Origin: Acidimicrobiia bacterium
Lineage (GTDB): Bacteria > Actinomycetota > Acidimicrobiia > Spongiisociales > ZC4RG35
Direction: 5' to 3'
Assembly (NCBI GenBank): GCA_965203555.1
Contig: CBDBCY010000004.1
Location: 160,001-224,000, forward strand
DNA length: 64,000 nt
Shown here: piece after piece, positions 1-11,469 of the stretch
How positions within the stretch are numbered: position 1 is the first letter of the stretch
Layout: each line of letters starts with the position of its first letter
The notes under the pieces: generated by a model
Database searches by the model: none
Told to the model about the DNA's origin: nothing
Seen by the model: the letters and a program-made list of their open reading frames with translations, nothing else
Program-made: the position numbers and the translations under genes

Positions 1-115
<115 letters not shown>

Positions 116-126
116 GAGGCATTGCT

Positions 127-2244
127 GTGGCTGCTGACCGAGGGCATCGTCTCCTGCGCATGCGTCAGGTGCCCCTGAGTCGCACCCGCAATATCGGAAT
201 CATGGCCCACATCGATGCAGGAAAGACCACTCTGACCGAGCGGATTCTTTACTACACCGGTCGCAACTACAAAATCGGGGAGGTCCACGAGGGCGCCGCC
301 ACCATGGATTGGATGGCACAGGAGCAGGAGCGGGGAATCACCATCACCTCTGCCGCCACCACCTGTATCTGGCACGATCACAGCATCAACATCATCGACA
401 CTCCGGGTCATGTCGATTTCACCGTCGAGGTGGAACGTAGTCTTCGAGTCCTGGATGGGGCGGTGGCGGTATTCGACGGGGTGGCGGGAGTGGAACCACA
501 GTCGGAGACGGTGTGGCGGCAGGCCGACCGCTACGAAGTTCCCCGCATCTGCTTCATCAACAAACTCGACCGACTGGGGGCGGACTTCTTCGCCGATGTG
601 GAATCGATCCGCACCCGACTCAACGCAACACCTCTGGTGGTCCAACTGCCCGTGGGTGAGGAGAGTGATTTCCGAGGTGTTCTGGACCTGGTGGAAATGC
701 AGATTCACGAGTGGCGGGGGGACGACGGCAGGCACTGGGACACCGGCGACATCCCCGAATCGATGCAGGACCTGGCTTATGAATACCGGGCGCGGATGTT
801 GGAGCAGGTAGCCGAGGTTGACGAGAAACTCCTGATCAAGTTCCTCGAAGATCTGTACATAACCCCCGACGAGATCCGAACCGCTATCCGTACGGGGGTG
901 CTTCAGCACATGTTCGTGCCGGTGCTTTGTGGTGCGGCCTTCAAGAACAAGGGAGTGCAGCCGCTGCTTGACGCCATTGTCCACTATCTGCCCAGCCCCT
1001 TGGACCTTCCTCCGGTGAAGGGTTTCGCCCCCAAGAATCCGGAACAGGTTCTGGAACGGAAGGCCAATGACGACGAGCCATTTTCGGCTCTCGCCTTCAA
1101 GATCATGAGCGATCCCCACGTCGGCAAGCTCACCTATTTCCGGGTCTATTCGGGCTCGGTCTCCAAGGGCGGCGCGGTGTTCAATACCACCAACGGCAAG
1201 AAGGAGCGCCTGGGACGGCTGCTTCGCATGCATGCCAACCATCGTGAGGATGTCAACATTGTTTACACCGGTGACATCGTGGCGGCGGTGGGATTGCGAC
1301 ACACCACCACCGGCGACACCCTTTCCGGTGTCGGTCACCCCATCAGCCTGGAATCGATGGCCTTTCCCGCGCCGGTTATCTGGGTAGCCATCGAGCCTCG
1401 CACCAGGGTTGACCAGGACAAGTTGTCCGAGTCCCTGCAAAAGCTGTCGGAGGAGGACCCGACCTTTCTGGTGAGAAGTGACGAAGAGACCGGGCAAACC
1501 ATCATCTCGGGAATGGGCGAGCTCCACCTGGAGGTATTGGTGGACCGGCTGATCCGGGAATTCAAGGTCGCGGCCAACATCGGTAAGCCGCAGGTCGCCT
1601 ATCGAGAATCAATCCTGTCGGCCGTAGAGAAAGTGGAAGGCCGTTACGTCCGCCAGAGTGGCGGCCGGGGTCAGTACGGTCATGTCGTCATCGACATCGA
1701 ACCCACCGGTCCCGGAGGAGGTTACGAATTCGTCAACAAGATCAGGGGCGGTCGCGTCCCCCGTGAATACATTCCGGCGGTGGCCGCCGGCATCGGAGAG
1801 GCTCTCGATGGGGGTATCCTGGCGGGCTACCCGGTGGTGGATGTGCGGGTCACCCTGGTTGACGGTTCACATCATGAAGTAGATTCTTCCGAACTGGCCT
1901 TTCGGATAGCCGGTTCCATGGCTGTTCGCGCCGCCACCAACAAGGCGGGGCTGAAACTGCTGGAGCCGGTGATGGAAGTCGAGGTGGTCACTCCCGACGA
2001 GTACATGGGAGACGTGATCGCCGACATTTCCGCTCGCCGGGGCCGTATTGGAGAAACCGATCAGCGGGGATCGGCCCGGCTAATCACCGCCGCCGTACCG
2101 CTGGCCGCAATGTTCGGCTTTGCTACTGATATCCGGTCCAGGACTCAGGGGCGAGCAACGTATTCGATGCAATTCAAGGCTTACCAAGATGTTCCTGACT
2201 CTATTTGTCAGGACATCCTTCATTTGAGAACTGGTAAGTATTAG
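127..2244 (+). CDS. fusA: Elongation factor G
   Basis: [41 protein letters not shown] motifs. Alternative start ATG at 160. Confidence 0.98.
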   Translation: MAADRGHRLLRMRQVPLSRTRNIGIMAHIDAGKTTLTERILYYTGRNYKIGEVHEGAATMDWMAQEQERGITITSAATTCIWHDHSINIIDTPGHVDFTVEVERSLRVLDGAVAVFDGVAGVEPQSETVWRQADRYEVPRICFINKLDRLGADFFADVESIRTRLNATPLVVQLPVGEESDFRGVLDLVEMQIHEWRGDDGRHWDTGDIPESMQDLAYEYRARMLEQVAEVDEKLLIKFLEDLYITPDEIRTAIRTGVLQHMFVPVLCGAAFKNKGVQPLLDAIVHYLPSPLDLPPVKGFAPKNPEQVLERKANDDEPFSALAFKIMSDPHVGKLTYFRVYSGSVSKGGAVFNTTNGKKERLGRLLRMHANHREDVNIVYTGDIVAAVGLRHTTTGDTLSGVGHPISLESMAFPAPVIWVAIEPRTRVDQDKLSESLQKLSEEDPTFLVRSDEETGQTIISGMGELHLEVLVDRLIREFKVAANIGKPQVAYRESILSAVEKVEGRYVRQSGGRGQYGHVVIDIEPTGPGGGYEFVNKIRGGRVPREYIPAVAAGIGEALDGGILAGYPVVDVRVTLVDGSHHEVDSSELAFRIAGSMAVRAATNKAGLKLLEPVMEVEVVTPDEYMGDVIADISARRGRIGETDQRGSARLITAAVPLAAMFGFATDIRSRTQGRATYSMQFKAYQDVPDSICQDILHLRTGKY

Positions 2245-3465
2245 AAATGGGGGTGTTTGGTTGTGGGTAAGGTGAGGTTTGAGCGGGTGAAGCCGCATTT
2301 GAATGTGGGTACTATGGGTCATATTGATCATGGGAAGACTACGTTGACTGCTGCGATTACTAGGGTGTTGTCTGAGCGGGTTGGTGGGGTGAATGTGGTG
2401 ACTGGGTTTGATGATATTGATCGTGCTCCTGAGGAGCGTGAGCGGGGTATTACGATTCAGATTGCGCATGTTGAGTATGAGACTGTTTTGCGTCATTATG
2501 CGCATGTGGATATGCCGGGGCATGCGGATTATATTAAGAATATGATTACGGGGGCGGCTCAGGTGGATGGGGCGGTGTTGGTGGTGTCGGCGGTTGATGG
2601 TCCGATGCCGCAGACTCGTGAGCATGTGTTGTTGGCGCGGCAGGTGGGTGTGCCGCGGATTGTGGTGTTTTTGAATAAGTGTGATTTGGTGGATGATGGT
2701 GAGTTGTTGGATTTGGTGGAGTTGGAGGTTCGGGATTTGTTGACGGAGTATGAGTTTCCGGGTGATGATGTTCCGGTGGTGAGGGGTTCGGCGTTGTTGG
2801 CGTTGGAGGGTGATGTGGTGGCTGGTGATGGGGTTATGGAGTTGATGGATGCGGTTGATGGGTATGTTGATGTGCCGGTTCGGGATGTGGATCGTCCGTT
2901 TTTGATGCCGATTGAGGATGTGTTTTCGATTACTGGTCGGGGTACGGTGGTGACTGGTCGGGTTGAGCAGGGTGTGTTGCGGGTTGGTGAGGCGGTTGAG
3001 GTGGTTGGTTTGCGTGATACGCGTGGGTCGGTGGCTACTGGTGTGGAGATGTTTAGGAAGTTGTTGGATGAGGGTCGGGCTGGTGATAATGTGGGGGTGT
3101 TGTTGCGGGGGGTGGGGAAGTCGGAGGTGGAGCGTGGTCAGGTGTTGGCTGCTCCTGGGTCGATTTTGCCGCATGTGGGTTTTGAGGCGCAGGTGTATGT
3201 GTTGACGAAGGAGGAGGGGGGGAGGCATAATCCGTTTTTTTCGGGTTATCGTCCGCAGTTTTATTTTCGGACTACGGATGTGACGGGTTCGGTGTTGTTG
3301 CCTGTTGGGGTGCAGATGGTGATGCCGGGTGATAATGTGGAGTTGTCGGTGGAGTTGATTGCTCCGATTGCGATGTCGGTGGGGTTGGATTTCGCGATTC
3401 GTGAGGGTGGTCGGACTGTGGGGGCGGGTCGGGTCACCAAGATCACCAAATAACCCCAAACCCAA
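2243..3465 (+). repeat. Direct repeat copy A (tuf with short flanks), matches 38381-39605
   Basis: Same sequence from 'agaaatgggggtgtttggttgtggg' to 'taacccc(cc)aaacccaa'. Sense, antisense and shifted-frame translations in the ORF track are identical over the shared span. Confidence 0.97.
2263..3453 (+). CDS. tuf: Elongation factor Tu, copy 1
   Basis: [40 protein letters not shown] at 2263 matches the usual N-terminus (the ORF track starts at TTG 2257). Confidence 0.98.
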   Translation: MGKVRFERVKPHLNVGTMGHIDHGKTTLTAAITRVLSERVGGVNVVTGFDDIDRAPEERERGITIQIAHVEYETVLRHYAHVDMPGHADYIKNMITGAAQVDGAVLVVSAVDGPMPQTREHVLLARQVGVPRIVVFLNKCDLVDDGELLDLVELEVRDLLTEYEFPGDDVPVVRGSALLALEGDVVAGDGVMELMDAVDGYVDVPVRDVDRPFLMPIEDVFSITGRGTVVTGRVEQGVLRVGEAVEVVGLRDTRGSVATGVEMFRKLLDEGRAGDNVGVLLRGVGKSEVERGQVLAAPGSILPHVGFEAQVYVLTKEEGGRHNPFFSGYRPQFYFRTTDVTGSVLLPVGVQMVMPGDNVELSVELIAPIAMSVGLDFAIREGGRTVGAGRVTKITK

Positions 3466-3543
3466 GAAGGCAAAGGATTGTGGACAACAACCGGCAAGGG
3501 CAAGTAGAGAATAAGCCGAGCAAGCGAGGACAGTAGAAGAGAC

Positions 3544-3855
3544 ATGAACGGTTCCCATAAGATCCGCATAAAGCTCAAGGCTTATGACCATCAGAGTGTG
3601 GATGAGTCAGCGCGCAAGATCGCTGCTACGGTTACTCGTACCCAGGCCAAAATAAGAGGTCCTGTTCCGTTGCCTACCGAGATCCACAGATACTGCGTTA
3701 TACGCGGACCCCATGTCGATAAAGACTCCCGGGAACACTTCGAGATGCGCATTCATAAGCGGTTGATCGATATCTTGGATCCAACCGCTAAAACGGTTGA
3801 TTCATTGATGCGCCTTGATCTTCCTTCCGGAGTGGAAGTAGAGATAAAGCTGTGA
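3544..3855 (+). CDS. rpsJ: 30S ribosomal protein S10
   Basis: [35 protein letters not shown]. Confidence 0.98.
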   Translation: MNGSHKIRIKLKAYDHQSVDESARKIAATVTRTQAKIRGPVPLPTEIHRYCVIRGPHVDKDSREHFEMRIHKRLIDILDPTAKTVDSLMRLDLPSGVEVEIKL

Positions 3856-4490
3856 ACACGATTCTGGGCACAAAACTGGGTATGAGCCAGATTTTCAATG
3901 ATGCGGCTCAGGCGCTCCCGGTTACGGTTATCAAGGCCGGACCGTGCAAGGTTGTACAGGTCAAGACATCCGAGAAGGACGGGTATGAGGCCGTGCAACT
4001 CACCTTGGAGATCGCGAAGCCGGCCAAGGTGAATAAAGCGGTAGCCGGCCATTTCGCCAAGGCGGGGGTGACTCCGTCCCCCCATCTGGTGGAGGCGCTC
4101 GTGGATAATTCCGCTCGATTCGAACCGGGTTCGACCATCAAGGTGGATGAAGTCTTCGAGCCTGGTATTCGAGCCGATGTGACGGGGATATCCAAGGGCA
4201 AGGGCTTTGCCGGAGTGATGAAGCGTCACAACTTCGCCGGACAGTGCGCCAGTCACGGCAATCACAAGAAGCACCGCGCCGGCGGGGCGATCGGCGCCTG
4301 CGCCACGCCGTCGAGGGTGTTCAAAGGCAAGGCTATGCCGGGTCGGATGGGGGCTCAACGTACCACCGTCCTCAATCTGGAGGTGGTGAGGGTGCTGGCC
4401 GAAGAAGGCCTGCTTTTGCTTCGTGGCGCAGTTCCCGGCCCCAAGGGAGGATTGGTGATGATCAGGAAGGCAGTCAAGTCCGATGGCTGA
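3852..4490 (+). CDS. rplC: 50S ribosomal protein L3
   Basis: [31 protein letters not shown]; operon position. Confidence 0.97.
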   Translation: MNTILGTKLGMSQIFNDAAQALPVTVIKAGPCKVVQVKTSEKDGYEAVQLTLEIAKPAKVNKAVAGHFAKAGVTPSPHLVEALVDNSARFEPGSTIKVDEVFEPGIRADVTGISKGKGFAGVMKRHNFAGQCASHGNHKKHRAGGAIGACATPSRVFKGKAMPGRMGAQRTTVLNLEVVRVLAEEGLLLLRGAVPGPKGGLVMIRKAVKSDG

Positions 4491-5142
4491 GCTGACCGCC
4501 CCGCGGTATGACGGCGACGGGTCCCTCCAGGGGGAGACCGCCCTGGATCCGGCCGTGTTCGGGGTGACTCCCAATCTTGCGGTGCTTCACCAGGTGGTTA
4601 CCGCCCAGTTGGCCGGGAAGCGTTCCGGAACAGCTTCCACCAAGACAAGGGCCGAGGTAAGGGGAGGAGGTCGCAAGCCCTGGCGCCAGAAGGGGATCGG
4701 AAGGGCAAGGCACGGTTCGATCCGCTCGCCCATGTGGCGAGGCGGAGGTGTCGCCCATGGTCCCAAGCCCCGCAGCTACCACCAGCGGACTCCTGCCAAG
4801 ATGCGCCGTCTGGCGCTGCGCAGCGCCCTCTCCGCCCGGGCCTCGGAAGGCGCCGTCTACACCACCGCGCCTCTTGGTTGGGAGGTCCCCCGCACCAAGT
4901 CGGCGGTGGCGCTGCTTCAGGCTATGGGATTGGAGGGAAAGGCTTTGATCGTTGTGGAGCGGATGGGTGGAGTTGAACACCGGTCCTTCCGGAACATCCC
5001 GTCGATGCGGATCGTCGAGGCCAGGTACATAACCCCGTACGATGTCCTCTGGGCTCGGGATATGGTGTTCTTCGCCGGCTCGCTGGAGATCGTGGAGGGC
5101 GCCGGTCGGGAGAAGGAGTCGGTGGAGGCCAGGGCGTCATGA
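4483..5142 (+). CDS. rplD: 50S ribosomal protein L4
   Basis: [31 protein letters not shown]. Confidence 0.97.
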   Translation: MAELTAPRYDGDGSLQGETALDPAVFGVTPNLAVLHQVVTAQLAGKRSGTASTKTRAEVRGGGRKPWRQKGIGRARHGSIRSPMWRGGGVAHGPKPRSYHQRTPAKMRRLALRSALSARASEGAVYTTAPLGWEVPRTKSAVALLQAMGLEGKALIVVERMGGVEHRSFRNIPSMRIVEARYITPYDVLWARDMVFFAGSLEIVEGAGREKESVEARAS

Positions 5143-5426
5143 AGTATCCGCACGACGTGATCCTGGGACCGGTGGTCTCCGAGAAGTCTTTCGACCTGAT
5201 TGAGGACTTCAACACCTATTCCTTTCTGGTCGATCCCCGAGCCAACAAGACCGAGATTCGCCAGTCGGTGGAAGCCGTTTTCGATGTTCGGGTGGTCTCG
5301 GTCAATACGTACAACCGACGGGGCAAGATGAAGCGCACCCGTCGGACCCTGGGCAAACGCAAGGACACCAAGCGAGCCTTGGTGACCCTGGCCGAGGGTG
5401 AGTCCATCGATCTGTTCGGGTTGTAG
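5139..5426 (+). CDS. rplW: 50S ribosomal protein L23
   Basis: [25 protein letters not shown]; operon position. Confidence 0.96.
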   Translation: MKYPHDVILGPVVSEKSFDLIEDFNTYSFLVDPRANKTEIRQSVEAVFDVRVVSVNTYNRRGKMKRTRRTLGKRKDTKRALVTLAEGESIDLFGL

Positions 5427-5428
5427 AT

Positions 5429-6262
5429 ATGGCAGTTCAAAAACGCAAGCCCACCTCTCCGGGAAGACGGTTTCAGACCGTTTCCGACTTCTCGGACATC
5501 ACCAGAAGCCGCCCGGAAAAGTCGCTACTGGCGCCCCGGACCTCCAAGGCTGGCAGGAACAGTTACGGTCGCATCACTTCCCGTCACCGGGGTGGCGGGC
5601 ACAAGCGGCGGTACCGGGTAATAGACTTCCGGAGGAACAAGGACGGCGTGCCCGCCAAGGTGGCGGCCATCGAGTACGATCCCAACCGCAACGCCCGCAT
5701 CGCCCTGCTCCACTACGTGGACGGCGAGAAGCGATATATCCTGGCGCCGGTCGGGGTGGGAGTCGGAGACCGGATCAGTTCGGGACCCGAGGCGGAGATT
5801 CGGCCCGGAAACGCTCTCCCCATGCGCAACATCCCGGCGGGCAGCACCGTGCATGCGGTGGAGATGAGACCGGGAGGCGGCGCCAAGATCGCCCGGTCGG
5901 CGGGAGCTTCGGTGCAGTTGATGTCGAAAGATGCAGGGATGGCCCTTCTGCGGTTGCCCTCCGGTGAGATGCGCATGGTGCCGCTCGACTGCCGGGCCAC
6001 CATCGGCCAGGTGGGCAACACCGAAGCCGAGTTGATCAAGCTGGGCAAGGCGGGACGCAACCGATGGAAGGGAGTACGTCCCCAAACCAGGGGAGTGGCC
6101 ATGAACCCCGTCGATCATCCTCTGGGAGGCGGAGAGGGCAAGTCCTCGGGAGGCCGCACCCCGGTCAGCCCGTGGGGGAAGCCGGAGGGACGGACCCGTC
6201 GCAAGAACAAGCAGAGCAACAAGTACATCGTTCGGCGTCGCTACGCCAAAGGCCGGAGGTAG
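5429..6262 (+). CDS. rplB: 50S ribosomal protein L2
   Basis: [38 protein letters not shown]. Confidence 0.98.
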   Translation: MAVQKRKPTSPGRRFQTVSDFSDITRSRPEKSLLAPRTSKAGRNSYGRITSRHRGGGHKRRYRVIDFRRNKDGVPAKVAAIEYDPNRNARIALLHYVDGEKRYILAPVGVGVGDRISSGPEAEIRPGNALPMRNIPAGSTVHAVEMRPGGGAKIARSAGASVQLMSKDAGMALLRLPSGEMRMVPLDCRATIGQVGNTEAELIKLGKAGRNRWKGVRPQTRGVAMNPVDHPLGGGEGKSSGGRTPVSPWGKPEGRTRRKNKQSNKYIVRRRYAKGRR

Positions 6263-6264
6263 CC

Positions 6265-6552
6265 GTGGGTAGAAGTTTGAAGAAAGGTCCGTTCGTCGAC
6301 GACCATCTGCTGGAAAAGATCGAAGAATTGAACGCCGCTCGCCAAAAGCGCGTGATACGGACCTGGAGCCGGCGCTCCACCGTGATACCCGCCATGATCG
6401 GGCACACCATTGCCGTACATGACGGACGGCGCCACGTGCCCATCTATCTCACCGAGTCGATGGTGGGGCACAAATTGGGCGAGTTCGCTCCCACCCGCAC
6501 GTTCCGCAAGCACCCGGGCGGCAAGAGGGACAAGGCGGTGAGAAAGCGATGA
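6265..6552 (+). CDS. rpsS: 30S ribosomal protein S19
   Basis: GTG start; [30 protein letters not shown]. Confidence 0.97.
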   Translation: MGRSLKKGPFVDDHLLEKIEELNAARQKRVIRTWSRRSTVIPAMIGHTIAVHDGRRHVPIYLTESMVGHKLGEFAPTRTFRKHPGGKRDKAVRKR

Positions 6553-6902
6553 GAACCCAGGCTCGGGCCCGGTATCTGCGCCACTCCCCCTACAAGATGA
6601 GGCGGGTGGCCGATTTGGTCAAGGGTAAGTCGGTGGAGGACGCCCAGGCGCTTTTGGCTCATCTCAACCGGGGGGCCGCCCCCGCAGTCCGCAAGGTGCT
6701 GGATTCGGCGGTGGCCAATGCCGAGAACAACCTTGAGTTGGACTACGACCAACTCAAGGTCGAGGCGGTCTATGTGGATGAGGGACCCACCTTGCGATCC
6801 TTCCGCGCCCGGGCCAGAGGGCGGGTCACCCGGATCCGCAAACGCACCAGTCATTTGACCATCGTGGTCGCTGACTCCCACAACGACGAGGAGACTTACT
6901 GA
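6549..6902 (+). CDS. rplV: 50S ribosomal protein L22
   Basis: [41 protein letters not shown]. Confidence 0.97.
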   Translation: MRTQARARYLRHSPYKMRRVADLVKGKSVEDAQALLAHLNRGAAPAVRKVLDSAVANAENNLELDYDQLKVEAVYVDEGPTLRSFRARARGRVTRIRKRTSHLTIVVADSHNDEETY

Positions 6903-7834
6903 TGGGACAGAAAACGCACCCCTATTCCTTCCGGCTGGGCGTGGTTACCGACTGGAAATCCAAGTGGTACTCCGACAAGGACTACGTGAACCTGGTGAAC
7001 GAGGATTGGCAAATTAGGGACTACCTGCGTGGATGCCTGGTGCGGGGAGCGGTTTCCCGCATCGAGGTCGAGAGGACCCGGGATCGGGTGGTGGTGGAGA
7101 TCCACACCGCGCGGCCGGGGGTGGTGATAGGTCGCAGGGGCGCCGAAGCCGAGCGGCTGCGCAAAGGTTTGGAGAAGCTGACCTCCAAGTCGATAAAGCT
7201 CAACATCATCGAGGTCAAGGACCCGGAATTGGACGCCCAACTGCTGGCGCAGGGAATCGCCGACCAACTGGAAAACCGGGTTTCGTTTCGCCGAGCCATG
7301 AAGCGGGCGCTGGGAACGGCTCGCAAGGCCGGCGCGCAAGGGGTGCGGGTGGAGTGCAAGGGCAGATTGGGCGGCGCTGACATGGGCCGCCGGGAGTGGT
7401 ACCTGGAAGGCCGGGTGCCGCTGCACACCATCCGGGCCGACATCGATTACGGAGTGGCCACCGCTCACACCATGGTGGGCTCCATCGGGGTGAAGGTCTG
7501 GGTATACAAGGGAGATGTCTTCAAGACTCGGTCCTCGGGTGAGAAGATGGCCGCTGAAGTCGCCCTGGCTGCGGGAGGCCCCACCCGTCGGCGTCGGCGC
7601 ACACCCGCCAAGGCGCGGGCCGAGGCGGCGGCCGGAGGGAGGAAGCGGCCCAGGTTGATCGAAGCCGGCGGTGGCAAGCGACCTGTGCAGGCCACCACCC
7701 CCAAGCGGGACGGCCGCAAGCGCCTGATCGAAGCCGGAGGCGGAAGGAAGCGATCCGAGCAGGCATCCCAGCAGGACTGGGAGAGAGACGACGCGACGCA
7801 GGCGGATTCATCGTCGGATACCGGGACTTCGTAG
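6902..7834 (+). CDS. rpsC: 30S ribosomal protein S3 with ~100-aa basic C-terminal extension
   Basis: [44 protein letters not shown]. Confidence 0.97.
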   Translation: MGQKTHPYSFRLGVVTDWKSKWYSDKDYVNLVNEDWQIRDYLRGCLVRGAVSRIEVERTRDRVVVEIHTARPGVVIGRRGAEAERLRKGLEKLTSKSIKLNIIEVKDPELDAQLLAQGIADQLENRVSFRRAMKRALGTARKAGAQGVRVECKGRLGGADMGRREWYLEGRVPLHTIRADIDYGVATAHTMVGSIGVKVWVYKGDVFKTRSSGEKMAAEVALAAGGPTRRRRRTPAKARAEAAAGGRKRPRLIEAGGGKRPVQATTPKRDGRKRLIEAGGGRKRSEQASQQDWERDDATQADSSSDTGTS

Positions 7835-7847
7835 GAGCGTTGTTGAG

Positions 7848-8261
7848 ATGTTGATGCCCAAGAGAACTCGTCACCGCAAGGTGCACCGCGGTCGCAGGAA
7901 GGGAATCGCCAAGGGCGGCACCAAGGTCCATTTCGGCGAGTACGGGCTACAGGCCCTGTCGGCGGGATGGATAACTGCTCGCCAGATCGAATCGGCCCGG
8001 GTCGCCATCACCCGTTCGGTGCGGCGAGGAGGAAGGGTATGGATAACCATCTTCCCCGATAAGCCGGTCACCGCCAAACCGGCCGAGACCCGAATGGGGT
8101 CCGGTAAGGGCAACCCCGAGTTTTGGGTGGCGGTTGTAAAGCCGGGCCGTGTCATGTTCGAATTGGCCGGCGTCTCCGAGCCGCAGGCTCGCGAGGCAAT
8201 GCGCAAGGCGGGACACAAGTTGCCGATCAAGACCAGGTTTGTCAAGAGGGAGGACTCATGA
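7848..8261 (+). CDS. rplP: 50S ribosomal protein L16
   Basis: [29 protein letters not shown]. Confidence 0.98.
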   Translation: MLMPKRTRHRKVHRGRRKGIAKGGTKVHFGEYGLQALSAGWITARQIESARVAITRSVRRGGRVWITIFPDKPVTAKPAETRMGSGKGNPEFWVAVVKPGRVMFELAGVSEPQAREAMRKAGHKLPIKTRFVKREDS

Positions 8262-8485
8262 AACCGGCCGAGCTGCGGGAACTCAACTACCGGGAACTGC
8301 GGGAGAAGCTTGCCGAGTCCAAGGAGGAGTTGTTCAATCTGCGCTTCCAACTGGCCACCAACCAACTGGACAACACCGCCCGCCTCAAGGCGGTCAAAAA
8401 AACCGTGGCCAGGATCCTCACCATCCTTCGTGACCGGGAGATCCGGCTTTGGTACGCCCAGCAGGAGGACTCGACCAATGAGTGA
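8258..8485 (+). CDS. rpmC: 50S ribosomal protein L29
   Basis: ATG 8258; [21 protein letters not shown]. Confidence 0.96.
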   Translation: MKPAELRELNYRELREKLAESKEELFNLRFQLATNQLDNTARLKAVKKTVARILTILRDREIRLWYAQQEDSTNE

Positions 8486-8735
8486 GCGCCGCAAACGCAA
8501 GACCAGGGTCGGAGTGGTGGTGTCAGATCGTCGCGACCGCACCATTTCCGTGCAGGTCGCCACCTCCTACAAGCACCCTCGATATCACAAGGTGGTCCGC
8601 AAGAGCACTCTGTACCACGCCCACGATCAGGAGAACGACGCCCGGATGGGAGACACCGTCCGTATCGTGGAAACTCGGCCGATCTCCAAGCAGAAGCGCT
8701 GGCGCATGACCGACATCCTGGAGAGGGCCAAGTGA
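8478..8735 (+). CDS. rpsQ: 30S ribosomal protein S17
   Basis: ATG 8478; [30 protein letters not shown]. Confidence 0.97.
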   Translation: MSERRKRKTRVGVVVSDRRDRTISVQVATSYKHPRYHKVVRKSTLYHAHDQENDARMGDTVRIVETRPISKQKRWRMTDILERAK

Positions 8736-9100
8736 TCCAGAAGGAGAGCAGGTTGCGGGTGGCTGATAACACCGGAGCCCGGTCGGTGCTGTGCATCGGT
8801 TTGCTGGGCGGCACCCGTCGCCGCTATGCCCGGGTGGGCGACGAGATCGTGGTCACCGTCAAAGAGGCGGTACCCGGAGGTGTGATCAAGAAGGGAGAAG
8901 TGGTGCGAGCCGTGGTGGTGCGCACCCGTAAGGAGCGCCGCCGGCCCGACGGGACCTACATCCGTTTCGACGACAATGCCTGTGTGATTATCGATCCGGG
9001 GCGTCAACCCCGCGGCACCCGTATCTTCGGTCCTGTGGCGCGGGAACTTCGCGATCGCAGATTCATGCGGATCGTTTCCCTGGCGCCGGAGGTGCTATGA
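8732..9100 (+). CDS. rplN: 50S ribosomal protein L14
   Basis: [35 protein letters not shown]. Confidence 0.98.
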   Translation: MIQKESRLRVADNTGARSVLCIGLLGGTRRRYARVGDEIVVTVKEAVPGGVIKKGEVVRAVVVRTRKERRRPDGTYIRFDDNACVIIDPGRQPRGTRIFGPVARELRDRRFMRIVSLAPEVL

Positions 9101-9399
9101 GACTTCGTGTTGGAGACCGGGTGAAGGTGATCACCGGTAAGGACGTGGGACAGGTGTCCAGAATCTCGCGGGTGATTCCCAGGAGCAATAAGGTGATCGT
9201 GGAGGGAGTCAACACCGCCAGGCGGCACCAGCGTCCGCAGAGCGGGACCATGCAGGGTGGAATAATCGACAAGGACATGCCTGTCGACGCTTCCAACGTG
9301 ATGATTGTTTGCGAGGAGTGTGGACCCACCAGGATCGGGAAAAGGTTTGACGACCGGGGCAAGCGCCGTGTGTGCCGCAGGTGTGGAGGCGACCTATGA
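9097..9399 (+). CDS. rplX: 50S ribosomal protein L24
   Basis: KOW motif [22 protein letters not shown]; CEEC/CRRC cysteines. Confidence 0.96.
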   Translation: MRLRVGDRVKVITGKDVGQVSRISRVIPRSNKVIVEGVNTARRHQRPQSGTMQGGIIDKDMPVDASNVMIVCEECGPTRIGKRFDDRGKRRVCRRCGGDL

Positions 9400-9968
9400 C
9401 CGAAAACGGCTCGACGCCTCGGCTCAAGGAGCGTTTCCGCGACGAGATCGCCGCCGCTTTGCAGAAGGAGCTGGGCCTCGGCAATCCGATGCAGGTTCCC
9501 CGGCTGGAGAAGATCGTGGTGAACATGGGCATAGGTGGAGCGGTCCGCGACCGCAAACAGGTCACTTCCGCCATGGAGGAACTGGCTCTGATTACCGGCC
9601 AGAAGCCCCGGCTGAACCGGGCTCGCAAGTCAGTGGCCGGTTTCCGGATCAGAAAGGGAATGCCGGTGGGCGTTTCGGTGACACTGCGGGGAGACAGGAT
9701 GTGGGAGTTCTTCGACCGGGTGATGTCGATCGCCATTCCCAGGGTGCGAGACTTCCGGGGAATGAAACCCACTTCTTTCGACGGCAGGGGCAACTACTCT
9801 TTCGGTTTCGATGAACAGTTGGTCTTTCCAGAAATACACTACGACCAGGTGACGGATACCAGGGGGATGGACATCACCATCTGCACCACCGCCACGGGTG
9901 ATGACCATGCCCGCGCCTTCATGTCGGCCTTCGGGTTTCCTTTCCGGGTTACCGAATCTTTGTACTAA
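9396..9968 (+). CDS. rplE: 50S ribosomal protein L5
   Basis: [34 protein letters not shown]. Confidence 0.97.
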   Translation: MTENGSTPRLKERFRDEIAAALQKELGLGNPMQVPRLEKIVVNMGIGGAVRDRKQVTSAMEELALITGQKPRLNRARKSVAGFRIRKGMPVGVSVTLRGDRMWEFFDRVMSIAIPRVRDFRGMKPTSFDGRGNYSFGFDEQLVFPEIHYDQVTDTRGMDITICTTATGDDHARAFMSAFGFPFRVTESLY

Positions 9969-9977
9969 GGAGTACTT

Positions 9978-10163
9978 GTGGCGCGCAAAGCACTAATAGC
10001 AAAAGCAAAACGCCCCCCGAAATTCAAGGTGCGGGCTTACAATCGCTGTCGCCGCTGTGGGCGTTCCCGCGCCTTTTTGCGGGACTTCGGAATGTGCCGT
10101 ATCTGTGTGCGGGAACTGGCTTCCCGCGGGGAGTTGCCCGGAGTTAGAAAGGCGTCGTGGTAG
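9978..10163 (+). CDS. rpsN: 30S ribosomal protein S14, short zinc-binding (C+) type
   Basis: 61 aa; [23 protein letters not shown]. Confidence 0.97.
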   Translation: MARKALIAKAKRPPKFKVRAYNRCRRCGRSRAFLRDFGMCRICVRELASRGELPGVRKASW

Positions 10164-10166
10164 CAA

Positions 10167-10571
10167 ATGATGACCGATCCTGTCGCCGACATGTTGACCC
10201 GCATCCGCAACGGGATTTCCGCCCGTCACATGCGGGTAGAGATGCCCTCCTCTCGATTGAAGGAGCGCATCGCCCGTATCCTGTCCGCGGAAGGATTCGT
10301 GGACGGCTTCTCTGTCTCTCCGTTGGGAGGCGGCAAGCCGCATCGGACCTTGAAGATCGAACTGCGCTATTCGGATGAGAAGACTCCTGCCATTACCGGG
10401 CTGCGCCGGATCTCCAAACCCGGCCACCGCCGTTACAGCGGCGCCGCCGACATCAGTCGCGTGCAGGGAGGATTGGGCGTTGCGATAGTCTCCACCTCCC
10501 AGGGTCTGCTCACCGACCGAGAGGCCCGTCGGCGGCGGTTGGGCGGCGAGATCCTCTGCGAGGTGTGGTAG
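10167..10571 (+). CDS. rpsH: 30S ribosomal protein S8
   Basis: DPVADMLTRIRN, RISKPG, GLGVAIVSTSQG, GGEILC. Confidence 0.97.
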   Translation: MMTDPVADMLTRIRNGISARHMRVEMPSSRLKERIARILSAEGFVDGFSVSPLGGGKPHRTLKIELRYSDEKTPAITGLRRISKPGHRRYSGAADISRVQGGLGVAIVSTSQGLLTDREARRRRLGGEILCEVW

Positions 10572-11110
10572 TGAGCAGAGTGGGAATAGCTCCCATCCCC
10601 ATTCCCCCGGAGGTCAAGCTGACGGTGAACGGTTCAGATGTGGTCGTGAACGGTCCTAGGGGGGAGCTTTCCCGCACCTTCCACGACAGGGTGAGGATCG
10701 AGGTCGACAACGGCCGGGCGCTGGTGACCCGGCGTGACGAATCGCGGATGTCACGGTCTCTCCACGGGCTGTCCCGGACCTTGCTGGCCAACATGGTTAC
10801 GGGGGTGGTGAAGGGTTATGTCAAGGAACTCACCGTGGTGGGAGTCGGATACCGGGCTCTGCTGCGCGGGCCCAAGCTGGTCCTGCAGGTGGGATTCAGC
10901 CATCCGGTGGAGATAGATCCGCCAGAGGGCATCACTTTCGAGTCCCCCCAGGCAACCCGCATCATCGTGAAGGGAATCGACAAACAGCAGGTGGGTCAGG
11001 TGGCAGCGGAAATCCGGCGCATCCGCCCGCCCGAGCCCTACAAAGGCAAGGGCATCCGCTATGTGGATGAGAAGGTGCGCCGCAAAGCAGGGAAGGCGGG
11101 AAGAGTATGA
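10571..11110 (+). CDS. rplF: 50S ribosomal protein L6
   Basis: [25 protein letters not shown]. Confidence 0.97.
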   Translation: MSRVGIAPIPIPPEVKLTVNGSDVVVNGPRGELSRTFHDRVRIEVDNGRALVTRRDESRMSRSLHGLSRTLLANMVTGVVKGYVKELTVVGVGYRALLRGPKLVLQVGFSHPVEIDPPEGITFESPQATRIIVKGIDKQQVGQVAAEIRRIRPPEPYKGKGIRYVDEKVRRKAGKAGRV

Positions 11111-11460
11111 AGGGCGCCCGTAGTCATGCCAGGATCAGGAGGCACCGGAGGGTACGTAAAAAGGTCCGGGGCAGTGCCGAGCGTCCCCGGTTGGCGGTGT
11201 TCCGTTCCAACCGGTACATTTACGCACAGGTCATCGATGATGATCGGGGGCATACGGTGGCGGCGGCTTCGTCGGTCGAACCGGCGCTGCGCACCCGGTC
11301 TCTTACTGTGGAGACGGCGGAGATGGTGGGTAGACTCTTGGCGGAGCGGTGCCGACGGGCCGGGGTGGAAACGGTAGTGTTTGACCGAGGGGGATACCAG
11401 TTTGCAGGAAGAGTCAAGGCCTTGGCGGACGCCGCTCGGGCTGACGGGTTGAGTTTCTAG
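11107..11460 (+). CDS. rplR: 50S ribosomal protein L18
   Basis: [29 protein letters not shown]. Confidence 0.97.
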   Translation: MKGARSHARIRRHRRVRKKVRGSAERPRLAVFRSNRYIYAQVIDDDRGHTVAAASSVEPALRTRSLTVETAEMVGRLLAERCRRAGVETVVFDRGGYQFAGRVKALADAARADGLSF

Positions 11461-11469
11461 AGGTAGCCC

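Noticed and set aside
2263-3453. Horizontal transfer of tuf from an AT-rich donor
   Set aside because: An AT-rich donor would add A-ending codons, which are absent until the final codons; both copies sit in ancestral contexts; the same polarity appears in unrelated elements.
2080-3591. 503-aa antisense ORF rich in His/Pro/Thr/Gln over tuf (and the 522-aa one at 38347-39915)
   Set aside because: A by-product of the skew: sense codons ending in G/T give antisense codons starting with C/A, so no stop codon can occur.
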